Shown here piece by piece: positions 50,437 to 63,912 of a stretch of 64,000 bases of DNA. A program made the position numbers and the translations under genes. The notes below the pieces were generated by a model that did not search any database, was not told the DNA's origin, and worked only from the letters and a program-made list of their open reading frames with translations. This DNA is from Octopus sinensis (Eukaryota): NCBI RefSeq assembly GCF_006345805.1, contig NC_043003.1, forward strand, positions 62,992,001 through 63,056,000, written 5' to 3'. How positions within the stretch are numbered: position 1 is the first letter of the stretch; the number at the start of each line of letters is the position of its first letter.

Positions 50437-51093
50437 TAGGGAGCCCAAAATCTTTACTTTTTGACCGACAGATTTAAAAAATAATTTTTTGTAACTAAAT
50501 ACTTTCAAACTTCGGACACTGGTAGAATGTGTCATTTAAAACATCTTTTACTCTTAGCATTTTTGAGAAAAGCTTATATTTACAAAGTTATTTCACGTTG
50601 AAGTAGTTGTATTTCGGTAATTTCAACCAATCAAGATGTTTATTCAGCTGAATAAAATTACTGCTGTTGTTTGTCAACAAGAACTTCCAGCAGTGTATAT
50701 TTCGTTTGTCACTGTTATTTGCGACAATCTTAACCTTAACCCTAAAACCTTAACCCTAACACCCTAACCCTAACACTTTAAAACCAGTTCAAATGCACAA
50801 ATGATGTCATAAATAACAGTGAAAAACGAAAATTACACCATCGATAGTTGTTGTTGACAAACAACGGCAGTAATTTTATTCAGCTGAATACACATCATTG
50901 ATTGGTTGAAATTACCGAAATAGGACAACTTTAATGTGAAATAACTTCATAAATATAAGCTTTTCTCAAAAATGCTAAGAGTGAAAGATGTTTTATATGA
51001 CACATTCTACAAGTGTCCAAAGTTTGAAAGTGTTTAGTTACAAAACATTATTTTTTAAATCTGTCGGTCAAAAGGTAAAGATCCGGGAGCCCT
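50437..51093. mobile_element. Fold-back MITE with ~290-bp TIRs, TTAA flanks and AGGG termini (Kolobok-like)
   Basis: TTAA at 50433-36 and 51094-97; long inverted arms; central (TAACCC)-like repeats. Confidence 0.75.
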
Positions 51094-53225
51094 TTAAACA
51101 CACACACACACACACATATCGACATACACACTGGACTTCATAGTTTCCACCTACCGAATTCACTCACAAGGTGCCATGCAGTAGGATGGAACTCCCAAAC
51201 TGCACTGTTGCAATGCAAGCTGCTTAACCACACAGCCATTCCTGCACTTAGAGGATTCAAAGAAAAAATATTTTGTCTCTTTTACATTTTATGTTTCATT
51301 CCTTGGTCTGTGGCCATGCTGGAACACCATCTTGAAGGATTTAGTCAAAGAAAGTGATCCTACTACAGGCTTTTTAAAAGTTTGGTTCTTGTTTAGTTTG
51401 TCTCCTTTGCTAAGTTCTGAGGATATAAACAAACCAATACAGTTGTCAAGTGGTAGTAAAAGACATACACAAACACAATGGACACAGATAGATAGACAGA
51501 TACACACACACAATAACACAGATAGACAGATACACACACACACACATACATACACACAAACACAATAACAAACACACACACACACACTGACACACAATAA
51601 CACAGACAGACAAACAGACACACATAAGCACAATGATACACACACAATAACAGACAGACACACACACATATGCACTCACACACATACGCACACACACACA
51701 CACACACACACAATAACATAGACATACACCCACACACATATGTGCACACACATACACGCTGGACTTCTTCATAGTTTCCATCTACCAAATTCACTCACAA
51801 GGTGCCATCCAGTAGGACTGAACCCCAAAACCACATGGTTGCAATGCAAGCTTCTTAACCATACAGCCATTCCTGCACCTATATAGTTTGCCAAAATTTC
51901 CTTTAATTTAGTCTTCTTGTACATTTTTTTATAGCTTTCAAAATATTGAAATGTGTGAAGTTATCAGTAAAGTTTTGAGTATCTGTAAATCTCCCCCATT
52001 ACTGTGAAGCGTGTTGAAAGGTTGATAGCCTCTCAGAAGCTGGTTAAAATGGAAACCTTTAAAGAGAAATCAGAGAATGAAGGATTTCAATGTCTTGTTG
52101 GTCAGAATGACATCATTAATTCTTAAGAGCCAATAATCTGCCTCTGTTTGACAAGATGACAACAGGTAGAGCCATTAAAATACAATTCAATTTAGACACA
52201 ATGTATTAACAAATATGATTACTGTTTATTGAGCAGAATGACCATTATCAAAAAGTCTAATAAAATCTGGAGACAAACAGAGGCTCAGACGTCTCTCTTA
52301 TGTCATAGGATTACTATGTCTTAGCTATTTAACCTTGTCTTCTTTAAAATTATTTACCTGCTTACATAGCCTATTATATAGGCTGTCTTCAAAGCAGGTA
52401 ATCCTGTTGAATCTCTCTTATCTTACAACTAAATTAACGGAAACTATAATTGCTTTTTTTGAGTCAAGTAATGAATACAGGCATTGTTACATAATTAAGA
52501 AGTCTGTTTTGCAAACGAGTGGTTCTCGGCTTGATTTCATTGTGTGACACCTGGGCAAGTGTCTTCTTCCATAATGTTAGGTTGGCTTGAATACCTTTTG
52601 ACTAGAATTCGCTAATTGGTTGGAAACTATGCAGAAGCAAGTACACTATGTGAGACATCGTCGTTGTCATCATCATCATTTAACATCCATTCTCCATGCT
52701 GGCATGGGTTGGATGGTTTGACTGGAACTGGTATAAGCCAGAGAGCTGTACCAGGTTCCACTCTGATTTGGCTTGGTTTCTATTGATGAATGCCCTTCAT
52801 AATGCCAACCACTCCAAGAGGGTAGTGAGTGCCTTTTACATATCCCTGGCATAGGTGCCTTTTACATGTAATATCATATGTGATATCCCTAATGAAACAA
52901 TTGTAGCATTGCCAGATAACCCATTCATCTGTTTATATTTTACACACACACACATATATATATATAGATGGCGGTATGTAAAAAGCACCATTTGAGCATG
53001 GCTGATGCCAGTGCCACCTGACTGGGTCACATGCCGGCGGCAGGTAAAAAGTACCCACTACACTCTTGGAGTGGTTGGCATTAGGAAGGGTATCCTGTTG
53101 TAGATGACAATGCTAAATCAAATTGGAGCCTGGTGCAGCCTCCTGGCTTGCTAGTTCTCAGTCAAACCGTCCAATCCATGACAGCATGGAAAGCAGACGT
53201 TAAATGACAATGCTGCTGCTGCTGA

Positions 53226-53271
<46 letters not shown>

Positions 53272-53593
53272 TCTTTTACTTGCTTCAGGCATTTGACTGC
53301 AGCCATGTTGGAGCACCACCTTTAGTCGAGCAAATCGACCTCAGAACTTATTCTTTGGAAGCTTAGTACTTATTCTATCAGTCTCTTTTACCGAACCGCT
53401 AAGTTACGGCCCGAGGCTATTGTAGAAGATACTTGCCCAAGGTGCCATGCAGTGGCACTTAACCCAGAACCATGTGGTTGGTAAGCAAGCTACTTACCAC
53501 ACAGCCATTCCTGTGACTGTATATATATGTATCTATGTATGTATGTATGTATATATGTATATGTGTGTCTGTGTGTGTGTATACACATATATG

Positions 53594-54730
53594 CAGGGTG
53601 TCCGAAATTAAGGCAACTGAAGTTTCGGGCTTTAATAACTATCAATGAATGTGATAAGATATGAAAATCATACATCATTCATTATAAACACTTAGTCTGT
53701 CTTCTTTAGAATAATTAAATTCTGATTTGCAAATTAGATAATGACTCTACACTGAAATATAATCACAACCCTGCACAAAAGAGGTGAATGTAACACAGTT
53801 ATAGCAAAAATGCTTAAAATTAACTGAACAACAGTTTGGAAAACTGTCAAGAAATTTCAAGAGACTGGTTCCACCTCTGATCGACCTGGATATGGCCAAA
53901 AAAGAAGCATGTGGACCCTTCAGCTTATCAAAAGTATCAAAGAAAAGATATGGCTAAATCCTCACTGTTCTGTCAGAGAACTGGCTGCTACAGCAAAAAT
54001 AAGCTGAACATTGATGTATCAAGTGCTGAAGGAGGATCTCAGGACCCACTCCTACAAGATGATCTGCTGTTATGAACTCATGTAAGTTTATAAGGCCATG
54101 GAACTGGAGAGAAGTTGTTTTATCCTGCGTCAGATTGCTGAAGGCATGCTGCCCAACTTGGTGTTCAGTGTTGAAAAGAACTTTGACATTGATAAGACAG
54201 TAAACCACTAGACACACAATACCATAGACAAACAGACAGACACACAGACACACAGATATACACACACACACACACAATAACACAGACAGACTTTGGCATG
54301 AATATGGCTCTGTCAAGGGTAGACTCGTAAATCAGCATCAAAACCCACACTTAGTGGTTGTGACAGACACTGGAAGGTCTCACCTCGTTTTTGTACCCTT
54401 GGGTATTAAAATTAACATCCAGCGATACAGTAGTGTCATTCTGGAAACTGAACTGCCTCTATGGGTAAATGAGCACTTTCAATGTGTCCCTTGAAGCCTC
54501 CAACAGGGCTCAGCACCATCCCACATCTCCAAACAGACACAACACTGGATTCAGAAAAAACATTCCATTGTTCATAGGCAAGGATATGTAGCCCTCAAGA
54601 CACCTTGATCTCAACCTGTTGGATTTTTTGGTCTACTTTGGAGATGATAGTCTCAAGCATCCTCAATGCTTTGAAGGCAAAACTGCACCAGGAATGGGCT
54701 TCAATTCTACAAGAACAGTTGCATGCTATG
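53594..54730 (+). mobile_element. Decayed Tc1/mariner (DD37D/maT-like), 5' part with left TIR; same family as 5945..7344
   Basis: TIR cagggtgtccgaaattaaggcaac; TTVWKTVKKFQETGSTSDRPG; FSVEKNFDIDKTVN. Confidence 0.8.
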
Positions 54731-54970
54731 CATTATTTACATTTGACAGATATTTGTCCTCCTCTTGTTTGTTGTTAACGTTTCAGCTGATATATACTCC
54801 AACCTTCTTCAGGTGTGTTGGAGAAATTTTGAACCTGGGTTCTCATTCCTAAATTATTTTTTGATGTTATTATAATAATTATTATTATTATTGTTTAGGT
54901 CACTGCTTGGAATCAAACTCGGAATCTTGGGGTTAGTAGCCCGTGCTCTTAACCACTAGGCCATATGCCC
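54731..54970 (-). mobile_element. tRNA-headed SINE with hammerhead-like motif (family H5)
   Basis: Head gggcatatggcctagtggttaagagc...gagtttgattcc (54898-54970), (AAT)n linker, CTGAAGA (54812-54806)...GAAA-CG-TT. Confidence 0.7.
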
Positions 54971-55994
54971 ACAGGCTTAATGTCAGTGGCTGGCATTGGG
55001 AAGGACATCCAGCCATAGAAACCATGCTAAAGCAGACAATTGGAGTCTGGTGCAGCCCTCCAGCCTTGTCAGCTCCTGACAAAAATGTACATAAAGGCTA
55101 CTGTGTGGTAAGCTACTTACCACACAGGAGTGGCTGTTTGGTGACAAGGAATCTACCATTTGTTCCATTTACAATATCCATAGAAATGGTTAATTTATTG
55201 CTATTTCATTTATCAGTTTATTTTTCCTTTCTTCCTTTTTGTTATTTTTACCAAGTCTCTATGATAAACGAGGGTAGACATATATGTTTTATACATTCTG
55301 AGTTCAATCCTGCAAAGACTAAATTTGCTTTGTCACTCTTCTTAGGTCTATAAAAAACGTAGCCATTCAAGAGCTGAGGTCAATTTATATTTCTATAAAG
55401 CGTTCTTGGTATGACTGGATTTTTAATAGAAGGCTGCAATTAGTAGAATAAAATGACTTCAATTAGAAATTTGCTTGCTGAGAGCTGCTAACCTTTTAAA
55501 CTACATCGTTTATAATCATCGAAACTATTATTAACTTTCAAATTTGATTTATTTTTGTACTAATTTCACCGAATATATTGCCTTTCTGAAATAAATTCAC
55601 CTGGTGATCCCTCACATGATTAGAAAATGCTGGGTGTCACAGCACAGGAAAGTTTATTGAGAAAAGTGGTTGTAGTTGGAAAATATTATTTCATTTTACA
55701 ACCTGTAATAAACTCCTCAACTAAAATATGGAATCTTTGTCAGCAAGAAGAGATATGAAGATTGTTTTTGGAGAAACATGCCAATTAATCACTTGAAAAT
55801 GTCAGTTGGCCACCTCATATACAAGTCAACATAGCCATTAGTAGTCTAGCTGCTGCTGGCTTCTCTAGTTGGTGGTCTCTGACTACAGCTAGAGCTGCTA
55901 TGTTGTTGTGGTTGTTGATGAGGGGGGCACAAATCTTAATATTTCTTCAGAGAAAATCTCACTGGAGTCATTGTTGTAACACTCAAATTCTCTT

Positions 55995-56012
55995 GCCTTC
56001 TCTCTCTCTCAG

Positions 56013-56063
<51 letters not shown>

Positions 56064-56420
56064 TTATCTGTCTATCTATCTATCTGTCTATCTGTCTGTC
56101 TGTGTGTCTGTCCATCCATCTGTCCGCCCATCCATCTATCTATCCAGTCATCTGCTTCTCCTCCATCAGTCCATCTGTCCCTCCATCTATCTGTCCATTC
56201 ATCCATCCATCCTTCCACCCATCTGTTCATCCATTTGTCAATCTCTCTCTCTCTGTATCACACTCTTTCTCTCTCTCTCTCTCTCCCCATCCATCCACCC
56301 CTCTATCCATCTATCTTGCCACTTGTCTGTCCATCTATCTGTTCCTCCATTCCTCCACCTATTCTTTCATCCATCCATCCATTTTATTTCTGCTTCCACC
56401 TCTCTCTCTCTCTTTTCTTT
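55995..56420. repeat. Compound (TATC)n/(TCCA)n/(TC)n microsatellite
   Basis: Direct reading. Confidence 0.9.
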
Positions 56421-56956
56421 TTCCATTCTCTTTTCTAAAAAAAAAACAAAAACAAAAAAAAACATACATCATAAATGATTGAATACAAGAATTTCTTTTA
56501 CATCAAATATTTCAGAAAAGACATCCTTTTAGATTTTTTTCTATTTTCAGGCAAAGCAAGTGAAAAGAAAAGTAATGTATTTCAATAGTCGAACAACTTT
56601 CAGAACAGGGAAAGAAATCTGGCAGCACAAAGAACAGCTACTTTTACCAAAAAGAAACAGCATCATGGCTAATCTATTACTCTATTACTAAAAGACTGGA
56701 AACAATCATATTCTAGACAAAAAGACCCTCAATTTCTATATTAAGTACTCTTATAAGTACTTAATATAGAAAATTCTATTGAAAGGATATACACCACCAT
56801 GTTTCACCCTCACAAAAGTGAAACATGGGAGGAACAGAATGTGGAATCCTTTTTCTGTAACAGAGGAACAGTAGGAAAATCATGAGTCACATAATGGTCT
56901 GCCCGCTGTTTCGTTTCTGTTTTTGTTGGTCTTATTTAGATAATTTGAAGAATGAA

Positions 56957-57173
56957 AGGCAGTGAGCTGGCAGAATCGTTAGCAAGCTGAATGAAATGCT
57001 TAGCAGTATTTTGCCCGTCAATATACACTCTGAGTTCAAATTTTACTGACGTCGATTTTGCCTTTCATCCTTTCGGAGTCAATAAATTAAGTACCAGTGA
57101 AACACTGGTGTCGATGTAATCGACTCGTACCCTCCCCCAAATTTCAGGCCTTGTGCCTAGAGTAGAAAGGATT
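56957..57173 (+). mobile_element. SINE family B (further copies near 37670, 40720, 47800, 48150, 49990, 50210, 57590)
   Basis: aggcagtgagctggcagaatcgttagc head; gagttcaaatt B-box. Confidence 0.8.
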
Positions 57174-57853
57174 GTTTGAAGAATGACATAAAGATTGCAC
57201 ATGGTTGCATGAAAAAGTGGAAAGCTTTGATACTCTCTTTTACTTGTTTCAGTCATTTGACTGTGGCCATGCTGGAGTACCACCTTTAGTTGAACAAATC
57301 GACCCCAGGACTTATTCTTTGTAAGCCTTGTTCTTATCCTGTCAGTCTCTTTTGTCGAACTGCTAAGTTACAGGGATGTTAACAAGCTACCATCGGTTGT
57401 CAAGTGGTGGTGGGGAAACAAACAGATACACAAATACATACATACATATATACAACGGGATTCTTTCAGTTTCTGTCTACCAAATCTACTCACAAGGCTT
57501 TGGTCAGTCTGAGACTGAATCTGGAACCATGTGGTTGCGAAGCAAGCTTCTTACCACACAGCCGCTTCTGTGCCAGATACAAAACAATGATAATATTGGT
57601 CTCAAATTTTAGCATGAGGCCAGCAAGTTTCAGTCGGAGGGAAAGGAGAAGATGATTACATTGACCCCGGTGTTTCATTGGCACATATTTTATTGACCCT
57701 GAAAGGATGGAAAGCAAAGTCGACCCTGGTGTCATTTGAACTCAGAATGTAAAGATGGATGCAATGCCACTAAACATACACAGCCAGAAGTTTGGTGAGA
57801 AGAGCTGAGTTGATTAATTGATATTGTCGGTGTTTTATTTTATTGATCCCAGA

Positions 57854-58189
57854 AGGTAAAGTGGCCAGGTTCCTTTCTAGTATTGGGCCTTATGAAGGCA
57901 AAGTGGCTGAGTTCCTTTTGAGCATCGGGCTTCATGGAGGCAAAGTGGCTGAGTTCCTTTTGAGCATTGAGCTTCATGGAGGCAAAGTGGCTGAGTTCCT
58001 TTTGGGAGTTGGGCCTCACGAAGGCAAAGTAGCTGAGTTCCTCTTGAATGTTGAACCTCACGAAGGCAAAGTGGCTGAGTTCCTTTCGTGCATTAGACCT
58101 CACAGAGACAAAGTGGATGAATTCCTTTCGAGCATTGGGCCTCACAGAGGCAAAATGGCTGAGTTCCTTTTGAGCATTGGGTCTTACTA
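57854..58189 (+). repeat. Eight tandem copies of a 42-bp unit, no indels
   Basis: Consensus aggcaaagtggctgagttccttttgagcattgggcctcacga. Confidence 0.95.
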
Positions 58190-58815
58190 ACGGCCACAAC
58201 TCCACTTCCCTTCACACACACACATCTGCCCTCTGGTAAAACTCACAATCCATCTTCCCCACCACCACTGCAGGACCTTCCAGTCCATCTCACCATCACC
58301 TGGTATTTCTAAATATTTCCACTCACACTCTTATGGAATATCTCCTCTACCCCCTCCGTACTATTTATACTCACCCCCACTGTTCCCTATGAGTAGGCCT
58401 TCTCTCCCTTACTCTGACTGTCTCTATTATTCTCTCTCCCCTTCCTTGTCCTATTGGGGTTAGCCAAGTATCTCCTCTGTAGAAAGCTAGCTATTTCTGT
58501 CCCTCTATCATACTCCAAACTCTTGCCTGGCACACAACCACCACTCTGGGTTCCTCTCCCTCTCTCAGTTGAGATGTCCTTGTTTTGCTGGTTACTTGGC
58601 AATCCTTCAAGCGTGAGTGCTACATAACAAGCACCCATGCTGGCACCATGTAAAAAGCACCCAGTACACTCTGTAAAGTTATTGGCATTAGGAAGGTCAT
58701 CCAGTTATAGAAACCATGCCAAAACAGATGACTAGAGCCTGGTGCAGCTTGCCAGCTCCTGTCAAACGTCTCACTCACACCAGCATGGAAAATGGAAGTT
58801 CAATGATGATGATGA
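58190..58815 (+). mobile_element. C-rich segment plus RTE-type 3' UTR ending (GAT)n
   Basis: aaaaagcacccagtacactc...ggaaggtcatccag...aatgatgatgat. Confidence 0.6.
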
Positions 58816-59183
58816 TACATATAAATATACATGTACATATCTATGTGTGTGTCTCCTCTCTCTCTCTCTCTCTCTCTATGTATATATATATATAATATAT
58901 ATCTAAAGGGGTGTATGATTGTGTATAGAGGGATATAATTATTCAATTCAAGAATTCCAACTCTGTCTGTTTTTTATGTTTTATTTATATTCTTTATAAT
59001 ATTAATGTAGGAATAGAATATATAGTATAAATAAAATATATAGTAAAATGAAATGAAGTATTGATTGTCTTATTGAATAGATGAAATATTGAATATCAAA
59101 TATTAAGGGACTAGTATACTTTCTTGCATTAAAGCAGTCTTCAAGGTCCGAGGTTGTGACAGGGGTGTTTCAACTGTTTTTCA

Positions 59184-59226
<43 letters not shown>

Positions 59227-59616
59227 TAAATGTCTGTGGCTATGAGTTTATTGACTCCTGTCTTTAGCAAAATAGGTGCTAATTTGTACCCTCTTATATA
59301 TAAATATATTTTATCTCTCTTTTACTTGTTTCAGTCATTTGGCTGCGGCTATGTTGGAGCACCACCTTTAATTGAGCAAACTGACCACAGGACTTATTCT
59401 TTGTAAGCCTAGTACTTATTCTATCGGTCTCTTTTGCCAAACAGCTAAGTTACAGGGATGTAAACACACCAGCATAGGTTATCAACCGATGTTGGGGGGA
59501 CAAACACAGACACACAAACACACACACACATATATACATATATACTATGGGCTTCTTTCAGTTTCTATCTACCAAATCCACTCACAAAGCTTTGGTTGGC
59601 CCGAGGCTATAGTAAT

Positions 59617-59699
59617 ATGTAATATGTGACAATTATTCGGTAGCCGTGATAAAATTCCAAGTTTTATCATGGCTACCGAATAATTGTCACATATTACAT
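59617..59699. repeat. Palindrome, 38-bp arms, 7-nt spacer, one mismatch
   Basis: atgtaatatgtgacaattattcggtagccgtgataaaa / reverse complement. Confidence 0.9.
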
Positions 59700-59703
59700 T
59701 TAC

Positions 59704-59737
<34 letters not shown>

Positions 59738-60286
59738 CCATTCTGTCTGTCTCTGTGTGTGTCTTCTAGGATCTTGGGCATCCTCCATCCGATTACGCTC
59801 AAATTTGAATTGTAGATACCGACGGTATCCAGGCGTGTATAAGTCTTGAAAAAATTACAAAAATCGATTCCAGGTGAGAATGTGATCAATAAAGCCGTGG
59901 GAACGTGCATTTGTATATGCAAATACATCAGCTGTTGCGATCATACATGAGAAAAATGCATGTGCAGTTTATGCAAAAAAAGCCAGCTGGCTTGAAATAA
60001 TGCCACAAAATGCAGTATATTTAAGAGACCAAAAAAGTACGATGCAAAAGAGATATTTTCTTCAAACTTGGCATGAAGGAAGGAAAGACTATTTGGTTTC
60101 TCAAGAAGTTTTTTTTTTTGCCTTAACTTCGTTTAACAAAACCAAAACTTTTATTGAAATAAAGGCCTGCTTAATTATTTTTTAACGAAAAGAAAACACT
60201 GATTGCTTTTTATTCAGCAGATATGATTCAGCACCATCCATTGGATGGTGGGGGGGGGGTGTTTTGCTCATATATATATATATATA

Positions 60287-60320
<34 letters not shown>

Positions 60321-62399
60321 GTGTGTGTACACACACACATATATATACATATATAGGTATGTTGGAGCCTGGTCCAGCTGCTGACTCTCCAGACCTCAGT
60401 CAAATCGTCCACCCCATGCCAGCATGGAAAACAGACGTTAAACAATAATGATGATATAAATACATTTATATACATATACATAGATATATACATCTATATA
60501 CACATATACTATACATATATATATATATATATACATACATAAACATACACAAATATATATATATCAACATCATCGTTTAACGTCTGCTTTCCATGCTAGG
60601 ATGGGTTGGACGATTTGACTGAGGACTGGTGAACCAGATGGCTGCACCAGGCTCATACATATATTTGTATATGTATTTATATACATATATGCATATGTGT
60701 GTGGTATGTGTGTGTATATATATATATACATACATACATACATACATACATACACACACACAAAATCAGAAAAAAGTTTAGTCAAAAGATATGCATAACA
60801 AAATAGTGAAGTTAGTATAAAATTATACATGGCAACAAAAATTTATAACAATAAAAAGAAAAAGCAGAAATTCTATAGCACATTGAAATGCTAAAGGGAC
60901 TTGTAAATCACCCTCCATATTTATGACAATCACCATATTTGCATATTTGCCTCTATTTCACATGCAAGCTTGAATAGTGAAATCATCTGGAAAATGTTAA
61001 TGTAAGTTTAATGTAAACCTATTTCTACACCTCTTATTACCATTAACTATTACTTAAAAGCAAGCAAGCGTCTATATGGTTGCTTAACCTTCTAGAAATA
61101 ACAGCTAAATGTCCCTTATATCACAACCACTACTGTCTTTTAAAAAGTAAATTGGATAATGTAGTCCTGAGAAATTTGGGATGGTCATGGCTGGAATTCC
61201 TTTGATTGTTGCCTACTATAATGGGTTTGACCTGAAGCTAAATAACAACTTTAAAAATAAGAAATAGCATGTTAGAAATAGCAGCCAAGTCTACTTTAAA
61301 ATCACCTTCATTTTAAAAAAAAGGAAGGACATGTTAGACAGTATAGTCCTAATGGCCTTCACTTCACTAAAAATACTGGTTGGCCACAACTGGAATATAT
61401 TTGATCATAGAACGCCTAACTTAGGAGTACAGCTGGAGTACATCAGGAGTGATCTGGTGTTAAACAACTGCAAATTAATAAAGTGAGAAAGTTTTACATG
61501 GTCAGTTACTCTGCTAGAAATAGCAACCAAATCTACTTCAAATCACACTTCACTGTCTTAAAATGGGGAAATACATATATTAGTGTATCATCCTAGTACC
61601 ATCACCCCTATAAAAAAGACTGGGTGCTCACTACTAGGGACTGACCTAGGGCTAAATAACAACTTTAAAAAAAAGTGAGAGAGCCTTTACATGGTCATTC
61701 ACTCTACTAGAAATGATAGCCAAATCTCTTTCTAAATTATACTTTATTGTTGTAAAAATATTGGGAAAGGCACATTGAATAATGTATTATGTAATTCTAG
61801 ATACATTTAACCCCAAAAGGGAAAAAGATGATAGCATCATCAAAACTGAAACTGGAATGCCTTTGATCAAAGGTCTTTTCAATAAAGACTGACCCGAGTT
61901 TAAACTATAACGATGGCTCACGTCATGCATTTTCCTTTCATAAATCATTCTCAGAAGAAAGCAAATCTAAAAGGTTATTTCACTATCTGCATTGTAAAGT
62001 ACATTAGAATACAAATGGCACATGGTGGGGTACATGTGCTTGTGTGTGTGTATGTATGTGGAATGGCTTGGTGATGAGGGTGGTTCACAGCAGGCCTTGA
62101 ATGATAGCTAAATATTTCTTTTTTCCACACCACCCCTTAATCACAGTGCACAAGCAAAATGTCATTTTGTTGCGGGGTATCTTGTTATGTATTCAAATTA
62201 GTTATTGACTGATATTCAAAGCAGACGCTTATATTACAGTTTATGATTAAACTGTTGTTTTATGTAAAGCAGTTGTTACCCTTCTTTTTAGTTCTGTGCT
62301 TAAGACATTTATTATGCAATTACGTAGTTTTTGGTTTGGTCCCATGGTATTGCACCTCATACAAGCAGTCGCATATACACACATACCCCAAACACACAC

Positions 62400-62570
62400 A
62401 CAGCATCATCATCATCATCATCACCATCATCTTAATCATCATCATCACCACTATCATCATTATTATCATCATCATCATTGTCGTTGTCGTCATCATGATA
62501 CCACCACCATCATCACTACCACCACCATCATCATCATCATCGTCATCACTACCACCACCACCAACACCGC

Positions 62571-62605
<35 letters not shown>

Positions 62606-62988
62606 CGACCACCACCACCGCCATCACTGCTGTCACCTCTACTTCCACTGCCCCTGCCTCCCAATATTGTTTTAACATCCACTTCCCCTTGTTTGCCTGG
62701 GTCACTCAAAATTCCCCGAAGTAGATCTTCTTACAGCCAGATGGTCTTTCTGCTACTGACCTGCACCTGTTTCCAAGGAAAGGTAATACTTCTTCAAGTT
62801 CTCTCAGTGCAAACAGCATGATACTTGGACACCTTCAGCATGTTATGCAAAGACAAGAAGACATGCACACAGATGCACTGACTCATACACATGCACACAT
62901 AGACACACATTAAATGATGATGATGACGACAATGATAATGAAGATAATGATGATGACAACGAAGACGGTGATGACGATGGTGATGACA

Positions 62989-63022
<34 letters not shown>

Positions 63023-63240
63023 CAAAAATGATGATGATGATGATTAAGATGATGAAGATGACGATGATGAAGTGGGTGATGATAACAATGATGAAGATTA
63101 TGATGATGATGATGAGACAAAGATGGTGATGATGATGATGACGATGATGATGATGATGACAACAATGATGATGACGACGATGGTGGTGGTGGTGGTAGTG
63201 TTGTTGGTGATGTTGATGTTAGTGGTGGTGGTGGTGATGA
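62400..63240. repeat. (CAT/CAC)n and (GAT/GGT)n low-complexity tracts in opposite orientation
   Basis: Direct reading; source of poly-H/M/V ORFs. Confidence 0.9.
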
Positions 63241-63769
63241 TGGGCTATGCATTCCAGGTTTCTTTCCATTAGTATTTGTTAAATCCACTCATCATCATAG
63301 CCCTTCCCCTTTCTTGGTCAAATCAATGCAACGGGCACTATAAGGTTTCTTTCTTGACAGTAAATCACAGTATACATGGTTCAGAATTGGCCCCTTAGAT
63401 CTGCGTGGCCCCTGGGCAACTGTTCAGTGTGCCCATGCTTTAACAAGACACTGTCCACTCACAAAGTTTTGATTAGTTTGGGGTTATATAGAAAACACTC
63501 AAGCTGCAACACAGTGGAATTGAACCTGGAAGCAGGTGATTATGAAGGGAGCGTCTTTATCACACAACCATGCCAGTCCTATATATATATGTATATATAT
63601 ATAAATAAATGTAAGGTCCGGGGATCAAGGAGTAGGAAGAAAGTTAGCTTCAAGAATTCTGTAGTAAATATAAAATACAACTTTCAGAAATTGTCCGTCT
63701 ACTATATGCCACAATAGCTTTAAGGATATCACAAAAGGCCTGGTTGGAGCCCCAACCTTCCAAGATATT

Positions 63770-63912
63770 TTACTGAACTTACAAAAGCTGAAGGACTGTT
63801 GTAATAAGTGTGTGAATCTGAGAGGGGAATATGTTGGGTAAAATCATAATTAACTGATCTTCCTGTATTTTCTTTTACCCAAAGTCAGAAACTTTTCATC
63901 CCACCCTACTTG
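63770..63912 (+). mobile_element. Mariner 3' end fragment
   Basis: CCNKCVNLRGEYVG* followed by a TIR-like gaaacttttcatcccaccct. Confidence 0.45.

Noticed and set aside
50730-50775. Interstitial telomere from a chromosome fusion
   Set aside because: Short, degenerate and centred within a MITE
54898-54970. tRNA gene
   Set aside because: Acceptor stem does not pair; it is a SINE head
55601-55702. Minus-strand exon with good splice sites (also the longer 33875-33995 version)
   Set aside because: Stops in all three frames; could be non-coding but cannot be supported here
57843-58190. 14-aa repeat protein or CRISPR array
   Set aside because: Contiguous tandem units with no unique spacers; openness follows from a 42-bp stop-free unit; eukaryotic context
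59722-60222. Third Helitron-like element
   Set aside because: 5' region resembles Helitron leaders but no hairpin+CTAG end was found
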